Below, in pieces: positions 15,526 to 24,827 of a stretch of 35,690 bases of DNA. Position 1 is the stretch's first letter, and the number at the start of each line of letters is the position of its first letter. The notes under the pieces were generated by a model that saw nothing but the letters and a program-made list of their open reading frames with translations, made no database searches and was not told where the DNA came from. A program made the translations under genes and the position numbers. Source of the stretch: an uncultured Christensenellaceae bacterium (GTDB lineage Bacteria; Bacillota; Clostridia; Christensenellales; CAG-138); contig CABSAH010000002.1 of assembly GCA_902475645.1 (NCBI GenBank), positions 1 to 35,690 of the forward strand, in the 5' to 3' direction.

Positions 15526-16722
15526 ATGGGAGAAGCAATTCAAAGCTTTTTTGAAATGACCGGCTTTTCTATGATAGCCAACGATCCAAAGGTGCTTATA
15601 ATGATAGCGATATCATTGGCGCTTATGTATCTGGCCATAGTGAAGAAATTCGAGCCGTTGCTGCTGCTGCCGATAGCGTTCGGTATGCTGCTTACCAACC
15701 TGCCCGGTGCGGAAATGTATCACCGCGAGCTTTTTGCCAGCGGACACGTTGACTGGGCTAAGCTGAGCGATCAGGGAGGTCTTATAGACTATCTGTACCT
15801 TGGCATAAAGCTTGGCATTTATCCCTGCCTTATATTCATGGGCGTGGGCGCGGGTACGGACTTTGGGCCCCTTATCGCCAACCCCAAAACGCTGTTCATG
15901 GGCGCGGCGGCTCAGCTGGGCATATTCATCGCCTTTATGGGCGCAATAGGTCTCAGCGATTTGTTCCCGGGCGCATTTAATTTCGGCGTAAAGGAAGCAT
16001 CTTCAATAGGCATCATAGGCGGCGCCGACGGCCCCACGGCCATATATGTAACGCTTAGGCTTGCGCCGCATCTGTTGGGGCCGATTGCCGTTGCCGCGTA
16101 TTCCTATATGGCGCTTGTTCCGGTTATACAGCCGCCCATTATGAAGGCGCTGACCACCAAGAAGGAACGCCAGATAACCATGGAACAGCTCAGGCCGGTT
16201 TCCAAGACCGAAAAGATTATATTCCCCATAATAGTTACCATATTCGTATCTCTGCTGGTACCCTCCGCGGCTCCGCTTATAGGTATGCTTATGTTCGGTA
16301 ATCTGCTTAAGGAGTGCGGCGTGACCGAAAGGCTTTCAAAGACCGCGCAGAACGAGCTGATGAACATAGTTACCATATTCCTTGGCGTATCCGTAGGCGC
16401 TACCGCCACGGCGGATATATTCCTTACCTGGCAGACCATAGGCATACTGCTTATGGGCGTATGCGCGTTCGCGTTCGGTACTGCGGGCGGCGTGCTGATA
16501 GCCAAGATTATGAATAAGCTTTCCGGCGGCAAGATAAATCCGCTTATCGGCTCCGCGGGCGTTTCCGCCGTGCCTATGGCGGCGCGCGTATCGCAGGTGG
16601 TTGGCCAGAAGGAAAAGCCCGGCAACTATCTTTTGATGCATGCCATGGGCCCCAATGTGGCGGGCGTTATCGGCTCCGCAATAGCTGCGGGCGTTCTGCT
16701 TTCGCTCTATTGGGTACACTGA
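15526..16722 (+). CDS. oadB: Sodium ion-translocating decarboxylase beta subunit
   Basis: A 398-aa polytopic membrane protein with typical OadB/GcdB/MmdB blocks: [26 protein letters not shown] and [14 protein letters not shown]. Confidence 0.9.
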   Translation: MGEAIQSFFEMTGFSMIANDPKVLIMIAISLALMYLAIVKKFEPLLLLPIAFGMLLTNLPGAEMYHRELFASGHVDWAKLSDQGGLIDYLYLGIKLGIYPCLIFMGVGAGTDFGPLIANPKTLFMGAAAQLGIFIAFMGAIGLSDLFPGAFNFGVKEASSIGIIGGADGPTAIYVTLRLAPHLLGPIAVAAYSYMALVPVIQPPIMKALTTKKERQITMEQLRPVSKTEKIIFPIIVTIFVSLLVPSAAPLIGMLMFGNLLKECGVTERLSKTAQNELMNIVTIFLGVSVGATATADIFLTWQTIGILLMGVCAFAFGTAGGVLIAKIMNKLSGGKINPLIGSAGVSAVPMAARVSQVVGQKEKPGNYLLMHAMGPNVAGVIGSAIAAGVLLSLYWVH

Positions 16723-16759
16723 TATAACATAAAAAGCAACTTATCAAGGAGGAATCCGG

Positions 16760-18256
16760 ATGAGCAAAAAGATATTTATTACCGATACTATTTTGAGGGA
16801 TGCGCACCAGTCCCAGGCCGCAACCCGTATGCGCACCGAGGATATGCTTCCCGCGTGCGAAGTGCTGGACAGCATTGGCTATTGGTCCCTTGAATGCTGG
16901 GGCGGAGCCACGTTTGACAGCTGCCTCCGCTTCCTCAACGAGGATCCGTGGGACAGGCTCAGGAAGCTTAAGAAGGCCATGCCGAATACCAAGCTGCAAA
17001 TGCTTTTCCGCGGCCAGAACATACTTGGCTACAAGCATTATGCCGACGACGTTGTGGAGCAGTTCTGCCGCAAGGCGATAGAGAACGGCATAGACGTTAT
17101 AAGGATATTCGATGCGCTCAACGACGTGCGCAACCTTGAAGCCGCCATAAAGTACACCAAGAAATACGGCGGAATATGCGAACCCGCCATAAGCTACACC
17201 ATCAGCCCCGTGCATAACGAGGATTACTTTGTAAAGGTAGCCAAGGAGCTGGAGCAGATGGGCGCGGACGTGATATGCATAAAGGACATGGCAAACCTGC
17301 TGCTGCCCTATGACGCATATTCGCTGGTAAAGCGGCTGAAGAAGGAAATAAGCGTGCCTATACATCTGCATACGCACAACACCACCGGCACGGGAGATAT
17401 GACTTATCTTATGGCCGTGCAGGCGGGCGTGGATATAGTGGACTGTGCGCTCAGCCCCCTTGCAAACGGCACAAGCCAGCCCGCCACCGAAGCGCTTGTG
17501 GCTACGCTGAAGGGAACGGAGTACGATACGGGGCTTGACCTTGAAAAGATGGCCGTTGCCGCAAAGCATTTCCGCGGCGTTGCGCAGAAGCTAAAGGACG
17601 AGGGCTTCCTTGACCCGAAGGTGCTGAACGTGGATACCAATACGCTTATCTATCAGGTGCCGGGCGGAATGCTTTCCAACCTTATAAGCCAGCTAAAGCA
17701 GCTTAATGCCGAGGATAAGTATTACGATGTTCTTGCGGAAATACCCCGCGTGCGCGAGGATTTCGGCTATCCCCCGCTCGTAACGCCCACCAGCCAGATA
17801 GTCGGCTCCCAGGCTGTGCTTAATGTGGTTTCCGGCGGAAGGTATAAAACCTTCTCCAAGGAATCCAAGGCGCTCCTGCGCGGCGAATACGGCGCGCTGC
17901 CCGGCAAGGTAAATGAGGAAGTGCGCAAAAAGGCCATTGGCGACGCCGAGGTCATAACCTGCCGCCCGGCCGATTTGCTTAAGCCTGAGCTTGAAAAGTA
18001 TCGCGAGGAGATAAAGGACGTTATGCGCCAGGAGGAGGACGTGCTGAGCTACGCATTGTTCCCGCAGGTTGCCATGAAGTTCTTTGAACAGCGTAATAAC
18101 CCAAAGCCCAAGGAAGAGACTAAGCCGGAAGAGCCCAAGGCAGCACCGGCGGCAGCGCCCGTGCAGACACCCGCGGCGGGGGCGCAGAAGATGCCCATGC
18201 ATCCCGAATTGCCAGCAAAGCAGCTATTTGTTGAGGATATTACGATAGGCCGCTGA
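16760..18256 (+). CDS. oadA: Oxaloacetate decarboxylase alpha subunit (carboxyltransferase only, no fused biotin domain)
   Basis: ITDTILRDAHQSQAATRMRTEDM, LECWGGATFD, and HLHTHNTTGTG metal ligands of the HMGL-like pyruvate carboxyltransferase fold. It is 498 aa and ends in a Pro/Lys/Ala-rich tail without an AMKM motif. Confidence 0.9.
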   Translation: MSKKIFITDTILRDAHQSQAATRMRTEDMLPACEVLDSIGYWSLECWGGATFDSCLRFLNEDPWDRLRKLKKAMPNTKLQMLFRGQNILGYKHYADDVVEQFCRKAIENGIDVIRIFDALNDVRNLEAAIKYTKKYGGICEPAISYTISPVHNEDYFVKVAKELEQMGADVICIKDMANLLLPYDAYSLVKRLKKEISVPIHLHTHNTTGTGDMTYLMAVQAGVDIVDCALSPLANGTSQPATEALVATLKGTEYDTGLDLEKMAVAAKHFRGVAQKLKDEGFLDPKVLNVDTNTLIYQVPGGMLSNLISQLKQLNAEDKYYDVLAEIPRVREDFGYPPLVTPTSQIVGSQAVLNVVSGGRYKTFSKESKALLRGEYGALPGKVNEEVRKKAIGDAEVITCRPADLLKPELEKYREEIKDVMRQEEDVLSYALFPQVAMKFFEQRNNPKPKEETKPEEPKAAPAAAPVQTPAAGAQKMPMHPELPAKQLFVEDITIGR

Positions 18257-18283
18257 TAGGCAAAACCGAATAGAAATGACATT

Positions 18284-18330
18284 GCCGCATCCGTGCCGCC
18301 GCAAAAAGCAGCGCGGATGCGGCTGATTTA
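18284..18330 (+). terminator. Candidate terminator after the decarboxylase operon
   Basis: gccgcatccg (18284-18293) pairs perfectly with cggatgcggc (18314-18323), and the stem can be extended by 3 bp. The trailing U-tract is weak (tgattta). Confidence 0.5.
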
Positions 18331-18382
18331 TGCCCATTTGCGCCGAAAATTCAATACAATTATGGCAAAGCGGGAACCTGTA

Positions 18383-18411
18383 TTGAAAGTGGGGGCATTT
18401 TTTATTATAAT
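18383..18411 (+). promoter_or_regulatory. Near-consensus sigma-A promoter of two-component system 1
   Basis: TTGAAA (18383-18388), 17 nt, then TATAAT (18406-18411). The inverted repeat CAATACA (18352-18358) / TGTATTG (18379-18385) overlaps the -35 and may be an operator. Confidence 0.55.
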
Positions 18412-18449
18412 CCAAGCATAGATACCGCAATTCTTGGGAGGTAAAGAAT

Positions 18450-19145
18450 ATGGCTGCGCAGAAGATAATGATTTGCGATGACCAGATAATGATACACGAA
18501 ACGCTCGGTATATATTTGGAAAACGAGGGGTTTGAATATATCAGCGCGATGGATGGCGAGGAGGCGCTGCAAAAATACGTAAGCGAAAGGCCGGATCTTA
18601 TTATACTGGACATAATGATGCCCAAGCTTTCCGGCACGGAGGTATGCCGCAGGCTGAGGGAAAAGAGCCGCGTGCCCATAATAATGCTTACGGCAAAGGG
18701 CGAGGAGATAGACAGGATACTGGGCCTTGAGCTTGGCGCGGATGATTATATAGTAAAGCCGTTCAGCGCGCGGGAGGTCGTGGCGCGGGTAAAGGCCGTG
18801 CTGAGAAGGCTTGCAATGGCAAAGGAGCAGCCGCAACAGGTGCTTCGCTTTGACGGGCTTGAAATAAACATAAATAACTACGATGTGCGCGTAAACGGGG
18901 AGCGCGTGCCGTTCACGCCCAAGGAGGTTGAAATATTCCAGCTACTTGCATCGCACCCGGGCAAGGTTTACGAGCGCGAAACGATACTTTCGCTCGTGTG
19001 GGGATATGATTTTTACGGCGATACAAGGGCGGTTGATACGCAGATAAAGCGCATACGCCAAAAGCTGCCCGCCGACGGAACGGTGAACTGGAGCATAAAA
19101 ACCGTTTACGGCGTGGGCTATAAATTCGAGGTAGGCAGGCAATGA
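18450..19145 (+). CDS. OmpR/PhoB-family response regulator (system 1)
   Basis: The receiver domain has DD, a phospho-acceptor D in LIILDIMMP, and KPF. The C-terminus is a winged helix ending in TVYGVGYKF. Confidence 0.9.
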   Translation: MAAQKIMICDDQIMIHETLGIYLENEGFEYISAMDGEEALQKYVSERPDLIILDIMMPKLSGTEVCRRLREKSRVPIIMLTAKGEEIDRILGLELGADDYIVKPFSAREVVARVKAVLRRLAMAKEQPQQVLRFDGLEININNYDVRVNGERVPFTPKEVEIFQLLASHPGKVYERETILSLVWGYDFYGDTRAVDTQIKRIRQKLPADGTVNWSIKTVYGVGYKFEVGRQ

Positions 19146-20899
19146 AGCATTCGCTGCTTATAAAAACCGTATGCCTTGTGCTGTTCACGGTGGTATTAAG
19201 CGCCGCCCTTACGGCGCTTGTTTTTCGCTATGCGGGCATAAAAAGCTACGGCGAGCTGAAAACAAAGGAGCTGAAGCCGAGGGCGGAGTTCATATCGTGC
19301 CGCGCCGCGGATTTCATGGAAGGCATACTGACCCGCAGGGAATTTGAAAACATAGTCAATTACGATAGGCGCATATGGGACGCCGCGCCGTATCTTTATT
19401 CGGCGGACGGCAAGCTTTTCGGCAGCGTTACCAATTCTCAGCTTGCCGCAAATACGGATATGATATCGCCCTATCTTGCGAGCGCGCTTGAAGGCAACGG
19501 GGTCAGCGCCGTGGTTATGATGGGCGGCAGGGCAGGCGTTATTGTGGGCGAGCCTATATTTGCGGGCGACGGCACGGTTATGGGCGCCGTGTTCTTGGTA
19601 AAGCCCATGGACGAATTAAGCACGGGCTGGGGCAATCTTATATCCTCGCTTCCGCTGGCCATGCTGCTGGTGGCGCTTATAATGGCTCCGGTGGCGTATT
19701 TCGGTTCGCGCGGGCTTACGCGACCCCTGAATAAGATGAACGAGGCTGCCGTGGCCATGACGAACGGGGACTTTTCCGTCCGCGCAATAGAAAAGGGCGA
19801 TGGCGAGGTGGCGCGGCTGGGTCGATCGTTAAACGAGCTTTCAAGCGCGCTGAGCGGCACAATAGGCGCGCTGACATTTGAAAGGAACAGGCTTAAAAGC
19901 GTGCTTGACGGGTTGCTGGAGGGCGTTATAGCCGTAAACGGAGAAGGCAGAATTATACAGTTCAACCCCGCATCGGTAAAGCTTATGGGCTGCGCAAGGG
20001 GCGAGGGCATTGAAAAATCACCCATGTACGGAGAACTTCATTCAATGGTGGAGCAGGTGTTGAGCGACGGCGTGAGCCGCTGGACGGAGCAAAGCTATAA
20101 GCAGGCCGTGCTGCGCTTTACAATATCCGCACTCGGCGCGGACGGCAAAAACGAGGGCGCAATAATAATGATACAGGACGTTACGGAGGCGGCGCGGCTT
20201 GAACAGACGCGGAGGGACTACGTTGCAAACGTATCGCATGAGCTTAGGACGCCGATAGCATCAATACGCGGACTGTCGGACGCGCTGTGCGACGGGCTGG
20301 TTAAAAAGGATGAGGACAGGATGCGGTACTATGGCTATATTCAGCATGAAACCATACGCCTTTCGCGCCTGATAGACGACCTTTTGGAGCTTAGCCGGTT
20401 GCAATCGGGCAGCGTGGCAATAGCGCGCCGCAGAATGAGCGTGAACGATTTGATATACGACGTTGCGGACAGATACGGCACAATAGCCAAGGATAACGGC
20501 AAAACGCTTTCGGTAACAATGGCCGGGGGCGAGCATGAGGCATACAGCAATCCGGATAGGTGCGAACAGGTGTTGATAGCACTGCTTGACAACGCCATAA
20601 AGCACAGCGCATCGGGCGAGGTGAAGCTTGACGTAAGCGAGGGCGAAGATGAATACACCATAACCGTATCCAACCCCGGCGAGATAGCCGAAGCGGACAT
20701 AGGCCATCTTTTTGAAAGGTTCTATAAGGCGGATAGGGCGCACACGGGCGAGGGCACGGGGCTTGGCCTTGCAATAGCGAAGGAGATAATGGAGCTGATG
20801 GGAGAGCGCATTTGGGCGGAAAGCAAGGACGGCACGGTAACGTTCGGCTTTACGGTTGCAAAGCATGAATGCGCGCAGGCGAATACAAAAACGGAGTGA
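19142..20899 (+). CDS. Sensor histidine kinase (system 1): two TM helices, an extracytoplasmic domain, HAMP, PAS-like, HisKA and HATPase domains
   Basis: H-box RRDYVANVSHELRTP, N-box LLDNAIKHS, and G-boxes GTGLGLAIAKEIMELMGE. The start overlaps the RR1 stop (ATGA). Confidence 0.9.
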   Translation: MKHSLLIKTVCLVLFTVVLSAALTALVFRYAGIKSYGELKTKELKPRAEFISCRAADFMEGILTRREFENIVNYDRRIWDAAPYLYSADGKLFGSVTNSQLAANTDMISPYLASALEGNGVSAVVMMGGRAGVIVGEPIFAGDGTVMGAVFLVKPMDELSTGWGNLISSLPLAMLLVALIMAPVAYFGSRGLTRPLNKMNEAAVAMTNGDFSVRAIEKGDGEVARLGRSLNELSSALSGTIGALTFERNRLKSVLDGLLEGVIAVNGEGRIIQFNPASVKLMGCARGEGIEKSPMYGELHSMVEQVLSDGVSRWTEQSYKQAVLRFTISALGADGKNEGAIIMIQDVTEAARLEQTRRDYVANVSHELRTPIASIRGLSDALCDGLVKKDEDRMRYYGYIQHETIRLSRLIDDLLELSRLQSGSVAIARRRMSVNDLIYDVADRYGTIAKDNGKTLSVTMAGGEHEAYSNPDRCEQVLIALLDNAIKHSASGEVKLDVSEGEDEYTITVSNPGEIAEADIGHLFERFYKADRAHTGEGTGLGLAIAKEIMELMGERIWAESKDGTVTFGFTVAKHECAQANTKTE

Positions 20900-20927
20900 A
20901 GCGCATAACAAATAGCCGCGGCAGGAT

Positions 20928-20955
20928 TTGAAAAAGACCGCCGCGGTGTTATAAT
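20928..20955 (+). promoter_or_regulatory. Near-consensus sigma-A promoter of two-component system 2
   Basis: TTGAAA (20928-20933), 16 nt, then TATAAT (20950-20955). The layout and RBS (GGGAGGTAAAnAAnATG) match those of system 1. The -35 sits in the loop of the inverted repeat CCGCGGC (20916-20922) / GCCGCGG (20940-20946). Confidence 0.5.
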
Positions 20956-20987
20956 ATGGATAATGAATACAATGGGAGGTAAACAAC

Positions 20988-21671
20988 ATGAGCAGCGGCA
21001 AAATTCTGATAGCTGATGACGACAGGAACGTGCATGAATCGCTTGGCATCTATCTAAAATCCGAAGGGTTTGAAACCGTTGACGTATACGACGGTGCGGC
21101 GGCGGTGAGCGCGCTGGACGGCGATATTTCGCTTTGCGTTATGGATATAATGATGCCGGTTATGAACGGCATTGACGCCTGCAAGGAAATACGCAAAAAT
21201 TCGCAGGTGCCCATAATAATGCTTACCGCAAAGGGCGAGGAGATAGACAGGATACTTGGCCTTGAGCTGGGCGCGGATGATTATATTGTAAAGCCCTTCA
21301 GCCCGCGCGAGGTTGTTGCAAGGATAAAGGCCGTGCTGAGGCGCACAAGCGAGCAGCAGAGCAACGACGACGGCCGCGTAACGCTAAACGGCCTTGTTAT
21401 AGATATAAAGAGCTATACCGTAACGCTTAAAGGGCAGCCGGTAATATGCACGCCCAAGGAAATAGAGATACTTTATATGCTTGCATCCAATCCCGGGCAG
21501 GTGTTCACAAGGGAGCAGCTCCTTAACAAGGTTTGGGGCTATGACTTTGCGGGCGAAACGAGAACGGTGGATACGCACATAAAGCGCATCCGTGCCAAGC
21601 TTGACAATACCGGCCTTAACTGGTCAATAAAGACCATATACGGCGTGGGTTATAAGTTCGAGGTAGAATAA
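20988..21671 (+). CDS. OmpR/PhoB-family response regulator (system 2, paralog of 18450-19145)
   Basis: It has the same domain layout and shares a 32-residue identical block, VPIIMLTAKGEEIDRILGLELGADDYIVKPFS, with RR1. Confidence 0.9.
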   Translation: MSSGKILIADDDRNVHESLGIYLKSEGFETVDVYDGAAAVSALDGDISLCVMDIMMPVMNGIDACKEIRKNSQVPIIMLTAKGEEIDRILGLELGADDYIVKPFSPREVVARIKAVLRRTSEQQSNDDGRVTLNGLVIDIKSYTVTLKGQPVICTPKEIEILYMLASNPGQVFTREQLLNKVWGYDFAGETRTVDTHIKRIRAKLDNTGLNWSIKTIYGVGYKFEVE

Positions 21672-21674
21672 GCT

Positions 21675-23669
21675 ATGCTTAAAAGCGTGTTTTTCCGCCG
21701 CCTTGTAATAATGCTTTCGGTCGCAATGCTCATTGCGGCGGCCGTTATGCTGGGCGGCTATGTGTTCCTGAGCAAGGATGTTTATGCGGATATAAAGCTG
21801 GACGAGCTGCATCCTTCGCTTGATGCGGCGGAGCAGCTTGCCAAGGAATACATGGCGGGCGAAATAGATAAGGGCGTGTTTGAACGGCTGGCGGCAAGGC
21901 TGCTGCCGTCAAATACCGGCACTGTGCTTTATCTTGATGCGGAAGGGAACACGCTTTTTTATGTGGACAGTTTGCTCGGCACCGATGCGGAGGGCGCAAA
22001 AAGGCTGCTTTATGAGCAGATAGTTTCCGCCGAAGGCGGTGCGGACGTTAAGCAGAACCGCCTTAGGATGAGGGAGGATAGATCCGCCCTTGCGCTCGGC
22101 TGCCCGATAATAGACGACGAAGGAAACATACTGGGCGCGGTGGTTATGCTAAGCTCGCTAAAGCTTGTTACAAACGCCACGGGGCGTATGTCGCTTCTTG
22201 TGCTGATGCTTACCACAATAGCCATACCCGTTGCGCTTATAATGATAGTTTGGCGCGCAAAGAATATTGCAGACCCCATCCGCCGCATGAACGACGCCGC
22301 AAAGGCAATGTCCAAGGGCAATTTCAATATAAGGCTTGATGAGAATATACCCGGCGAGGTTGGCGAGCTTGCAGGCTCGCTCAATAACCTTTGCGCGGAG
22401 CTTGACCATACCATACGCCAGCTAAGCAGCGAAAAAAGCCAGCTTGACCAACTGCTGCAAAGCCTGAGCGACGGCGTTGCCGCAACGGATGAACACGGTG
22501 CGCTTACGCATTACAATTCCGCAATAATGCGTATGTTCGGCGCGGTGAACGTATCCAAGCGCGAGGAGCTGATATCCGATGAAAAGGTATGGAAGGTGTT
22601 TGACGAGGTTTTCAATTCCGGCAAGCCCCAAACCATAACCTACCCCATGGCGGGGGACAGGGTGCTTTGGATAAGCATTTCGCCCGTTGTAACGGCGGAG
22701 CGCGAAAGGGTTGGTGTTGTGGGCCTATTCAAGGATATGACGGAGATGGAGCGGGTGGAAAAGCTAAGGCGGGATTACGTTGCAAACGTATCGCATGAGC
22801 TGAGGACGCCGCTTACCGCCGTAAGGGGGCTGCTTGAGCCGCTTGCGGACGGAATGGTTAAGGAGGAGGCGGACAGACAGCGGTATTATAAAATAATGCT
22901 GCATGAGGTGCTTAGGCTTTCGCGCCTTATAACGGACATGATGACGCTCAGCCGCCTGCAATCGGGCACGGAATACATGGAAATAGCCCGCGTGGACGTG
23001 AACGAGCTGGTGCAGGATATTGCAAGCGCGTATTCATCAACGCTTGCCGATAAGGGCGTTGAGCTGGTGCTGGATTGCCCGCGGCCCGTGCCGGACGCCA
23101 TGACCGATCCGGACAGGATAGAGCAGGTGCTTGTTATATTGCTGGATAATGCATCGCGCTATACGCCAAAGGGCGGCACAATAACCATATCCGCCCGCAA
23201 TGCAAAGGATAAGATTCGGCTTTCCGTAACCGATACGGGCTGCGGCATACCCGAAAGCGACCTGCCGCATATATTCGAAAGGTTCTATAAGGTGGATAAG
23301 TCCCATAGCGAGGGCGGCACGGGGCTTGGGCTGTCGATAGCGCATTTCATAATGGAAAAGCTTGGCGAAACGCTTAGCGTTGAAAGCGAGGTTGGCAAGG
23401 GCACGCGCTTTACGCTTACGCTTAAACGCTATGTGCGCAACGCCATAGCCTTGGGGCCTGCTGGCGAAAAGCAGACCCGCTACGGCGATGGGGACGGGAA
23501 GGACGAATACGTTCCAAACGACGCCGATATTCAGGATGACGATGATGTTGTGGATGCGCATTACGAGGTTATAGAGCAGCCGCAGAAGGCGGAAAAGGCG
23601 CCAAAGGGCGATAGGACGCAAAAGAGCGAAAAGCCGCAGAATAAGGCGGAAAGACAGGGCAAACGATGA
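21675..23669 (+). CDS. Sensor histidine kinase (system 2, paralog of 19142-20899) with a low-complexity charged C-terminal tail of about 90 aa
   Basis: RRDYVANVSHELRTP, LLDNASRYT and GTGLGLSIAHFIMEKLGE. The tail after the HATPase domain is rich in D/E/K/Q (...DDDDVVDAHYEVIEQPQKAEKAPKGDRTQKSEKPQNKAERQGKR). Confidence 0.9.
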   Translation: MLKSVFFRRLVIMLSVAMLIAAAVMLGGYVFLSKDVYADIKLDELHPSLDAAEQLAKEYMAGEIDKGVFERLAARLLPSNTGTVLYLDAEGNTLFYVDSLLGTDAEGAKRLLYEQIVSAEGGADVKQNRLRMREDRSALALGCPIIDDEGNILGAVVMLSSLKLVTNATGRMSLLVLMLTTIAIPVALIMIVWRAKNIADPIRRMNDAAKAMSKGNFNIRLDENIPGEVGELAGSLNNLCAELDHTIRQLSSEKSQLDQLLQSLSDGVAATDEHGALTHYNSAIMRMFGAVNVSKREELISDEKVWKVFDEVFNSGKPQTITYPMAGDRVLWISISPVVTAERERVGVVGLFKDMTEMERVEKLRRDYVANVSHELRTPLTAVRGLLEPLADGMVKEEADRQRYYKIMLHEVLRLSRLITDMMTLSRLQSGTEYMEIARVDVNELVQDIASAYSSTLADKGVELVLDCPRPVPDAMTDPDRIEQVLVILLDNASRYTPKGGTITISARNAKDKIRLSVTDTGCGIPESDLPHIFERFYKVDKSHSEGGTGLGLSIAHFIMEKLGETLSVESEVGKGTRFTLTLKRYVRNAIALGPAGEKQTRYGDGDGKDEYVPNDADIQDDDDVVDAHYEVIEQPQKAEKAPKGDRTQKSEKPQNKAERQGKR

Positions 23670-24571
23670 GCACTTGCAGCATATGCCCGCGAAAATGCTC
23701 AATAGACCGCGCCGAAGCGGCGGGCTACTGCGGCGCGCGCGAAAGGGCGCACATTGCCCGCGCCGCGCTGCACCGCTGGGAGGAGCCGATAATAAGCGGC
23801 GAACGCGGCAGCGGTACAATATTCTTCTGCGGATGCAATCTAAACTGCATATTCTGCCAGAACTATAAAATAAACCACAGCGTTATGGGTATAGAGGCGG
23901 ATGAGAATACGCTTTGCCGCATAATGCTTGACCTTCAGCGGCGGGGCGCGCACAACATAAACCTTGTTACCCCCGCGCCGCATGTGCCGCTGATAGCGCG
24001 CACGATACCGCTTGCGCGGAAGGCGGGGCTTACAATACCCATAGTATACAATACAAACGCATATGAAACGGCAGAAACGCTGAAGCTGCTTGACGGGCTT
24101 ATAGACATATACCTGCCGGATTTCAAGTATGTTTCGCCTGCGCTTTCAAAAAAATACAGCGGCGCGGAGGATTATTTTGAGGTTGCGGCTAAGGCGATAG
24201 CTGAAATGTACCGCCAGGCGGGAAACATAAGGCTTGACGAAAACGGCATGGCGGCATCGGGCGTATTGATACGGCACATGGTGCTGCCGGGCTGCGTGGA
24301 CGATACGCGAAGGGTGCTGGACTATATTTCGGCCAATTATCCGAAAAATATCTATATATCGATAATGAGCCAGTATGCCCCGCCGAAGGACGGCCTGCCC
24401 AAGCCAATCGACCGCCGCATAACAAAAGGCGAGTACGGCAGGGCATTGGACTACGCCATAGACAAGGGCTTTGAAAACGTGTTCATTCAGCGGCGCGATT
24501 CGGCGGATATTTCATACACGCCCGATTTTGACGGAGAAGTAATATTTGACCCCATAGAACGGGGCAAATAA
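23666..24571 (+). CDS. Radical SAM protein, PflX-like (homologue of pyruvate formate-lyase activase, COG1313 type)
   Basis: N-terminal CSICPRKCSIDR...GYCG, then HRWEEPIISGERGSGTIFFCGCNLNCIFCQNY (CxxxCxxC). The start overlaps the HK2 stop (ATGA). Confidence 0.8.
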   Translation: MSTCSICPRKCSIDRAEAAGYCGARERAHIARAALHRWEEPIISGERGSGTIFFCGCNLNCIFCQNYKINHSVMGIEADENTLCRIMLDLQRRGAHNINLVTPAPHVPLIARTIPLARKAGLTIPIVYNTNAYETAETLKLLDGLIDIYLPDFKYVSPALSKKYSGAEDYFEVAAKAIAEMYRQAGNIRLDENGMAASGVLIRHMVLPGCVDDTRRVLDYISANYPKNIYISIMSQYAPPKDGLPKPIDRRITKGEYGRALDYAIDKGFENVFIQRRDSADISYTPDFDGEVIFDPIERGK

Positions 24572-24797
24572 CCGCGAAAGTCGGTGCAAATATGAACGGA
24601 TTATTAACTTTTGTAATATTCGCTTAAAAAAGATTGCAAAGCGCAACATATAGTGTTACCATTAAATCAGCGAATGAAAGCGGGTCGTGACAATCGCATT
24701 TATCTTCATTATTGTTTTCCTCCAACCATAAACAATCGGTGGATGGCGGAGAAGGGGTAATCCGCAGTTCACCATCAATAGCTAACGACCCGAATTA

Positions 24798-24827
24798 AAG
24801 AGGCTCTTAACATGAGCTTCTTTTTTT
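24798..24827 (+). terminator. Rho-independent-type terminator or attenuator hairpin abutting the next start codon
   Basis: aagaggctc (24798-24806) pairs with gagcttctt (24814-24822): 9 bp including one G-U, with a 7-nt loop, and the U-run continues to 24827. Confidence 0.5.

Noticed and set aside
20916-20946. The CCGCGGC/GCCGCGG hairpin between HK1 and RR2, considered as a terminator
   Set aside because: The stem is only 7 bp with a 17-nt loop and no U-tract, and the loop contains the -35 of the TCS2 promoter. I keep it only as a note on that promoter.
24662-24709. A minus-strand 15-codon ORF with a well-spaced GGAGG, considered as a type I toxin or leader peptide
   Set aside because: It is too short and not hydrophobic enough for known type I toxins, and it has no run of regulatory codons. 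The GGAGG may simply be the complement of the CCUCC loop of a + strand RNA. I mention it under the intergenic finding rather than calling it a gene.
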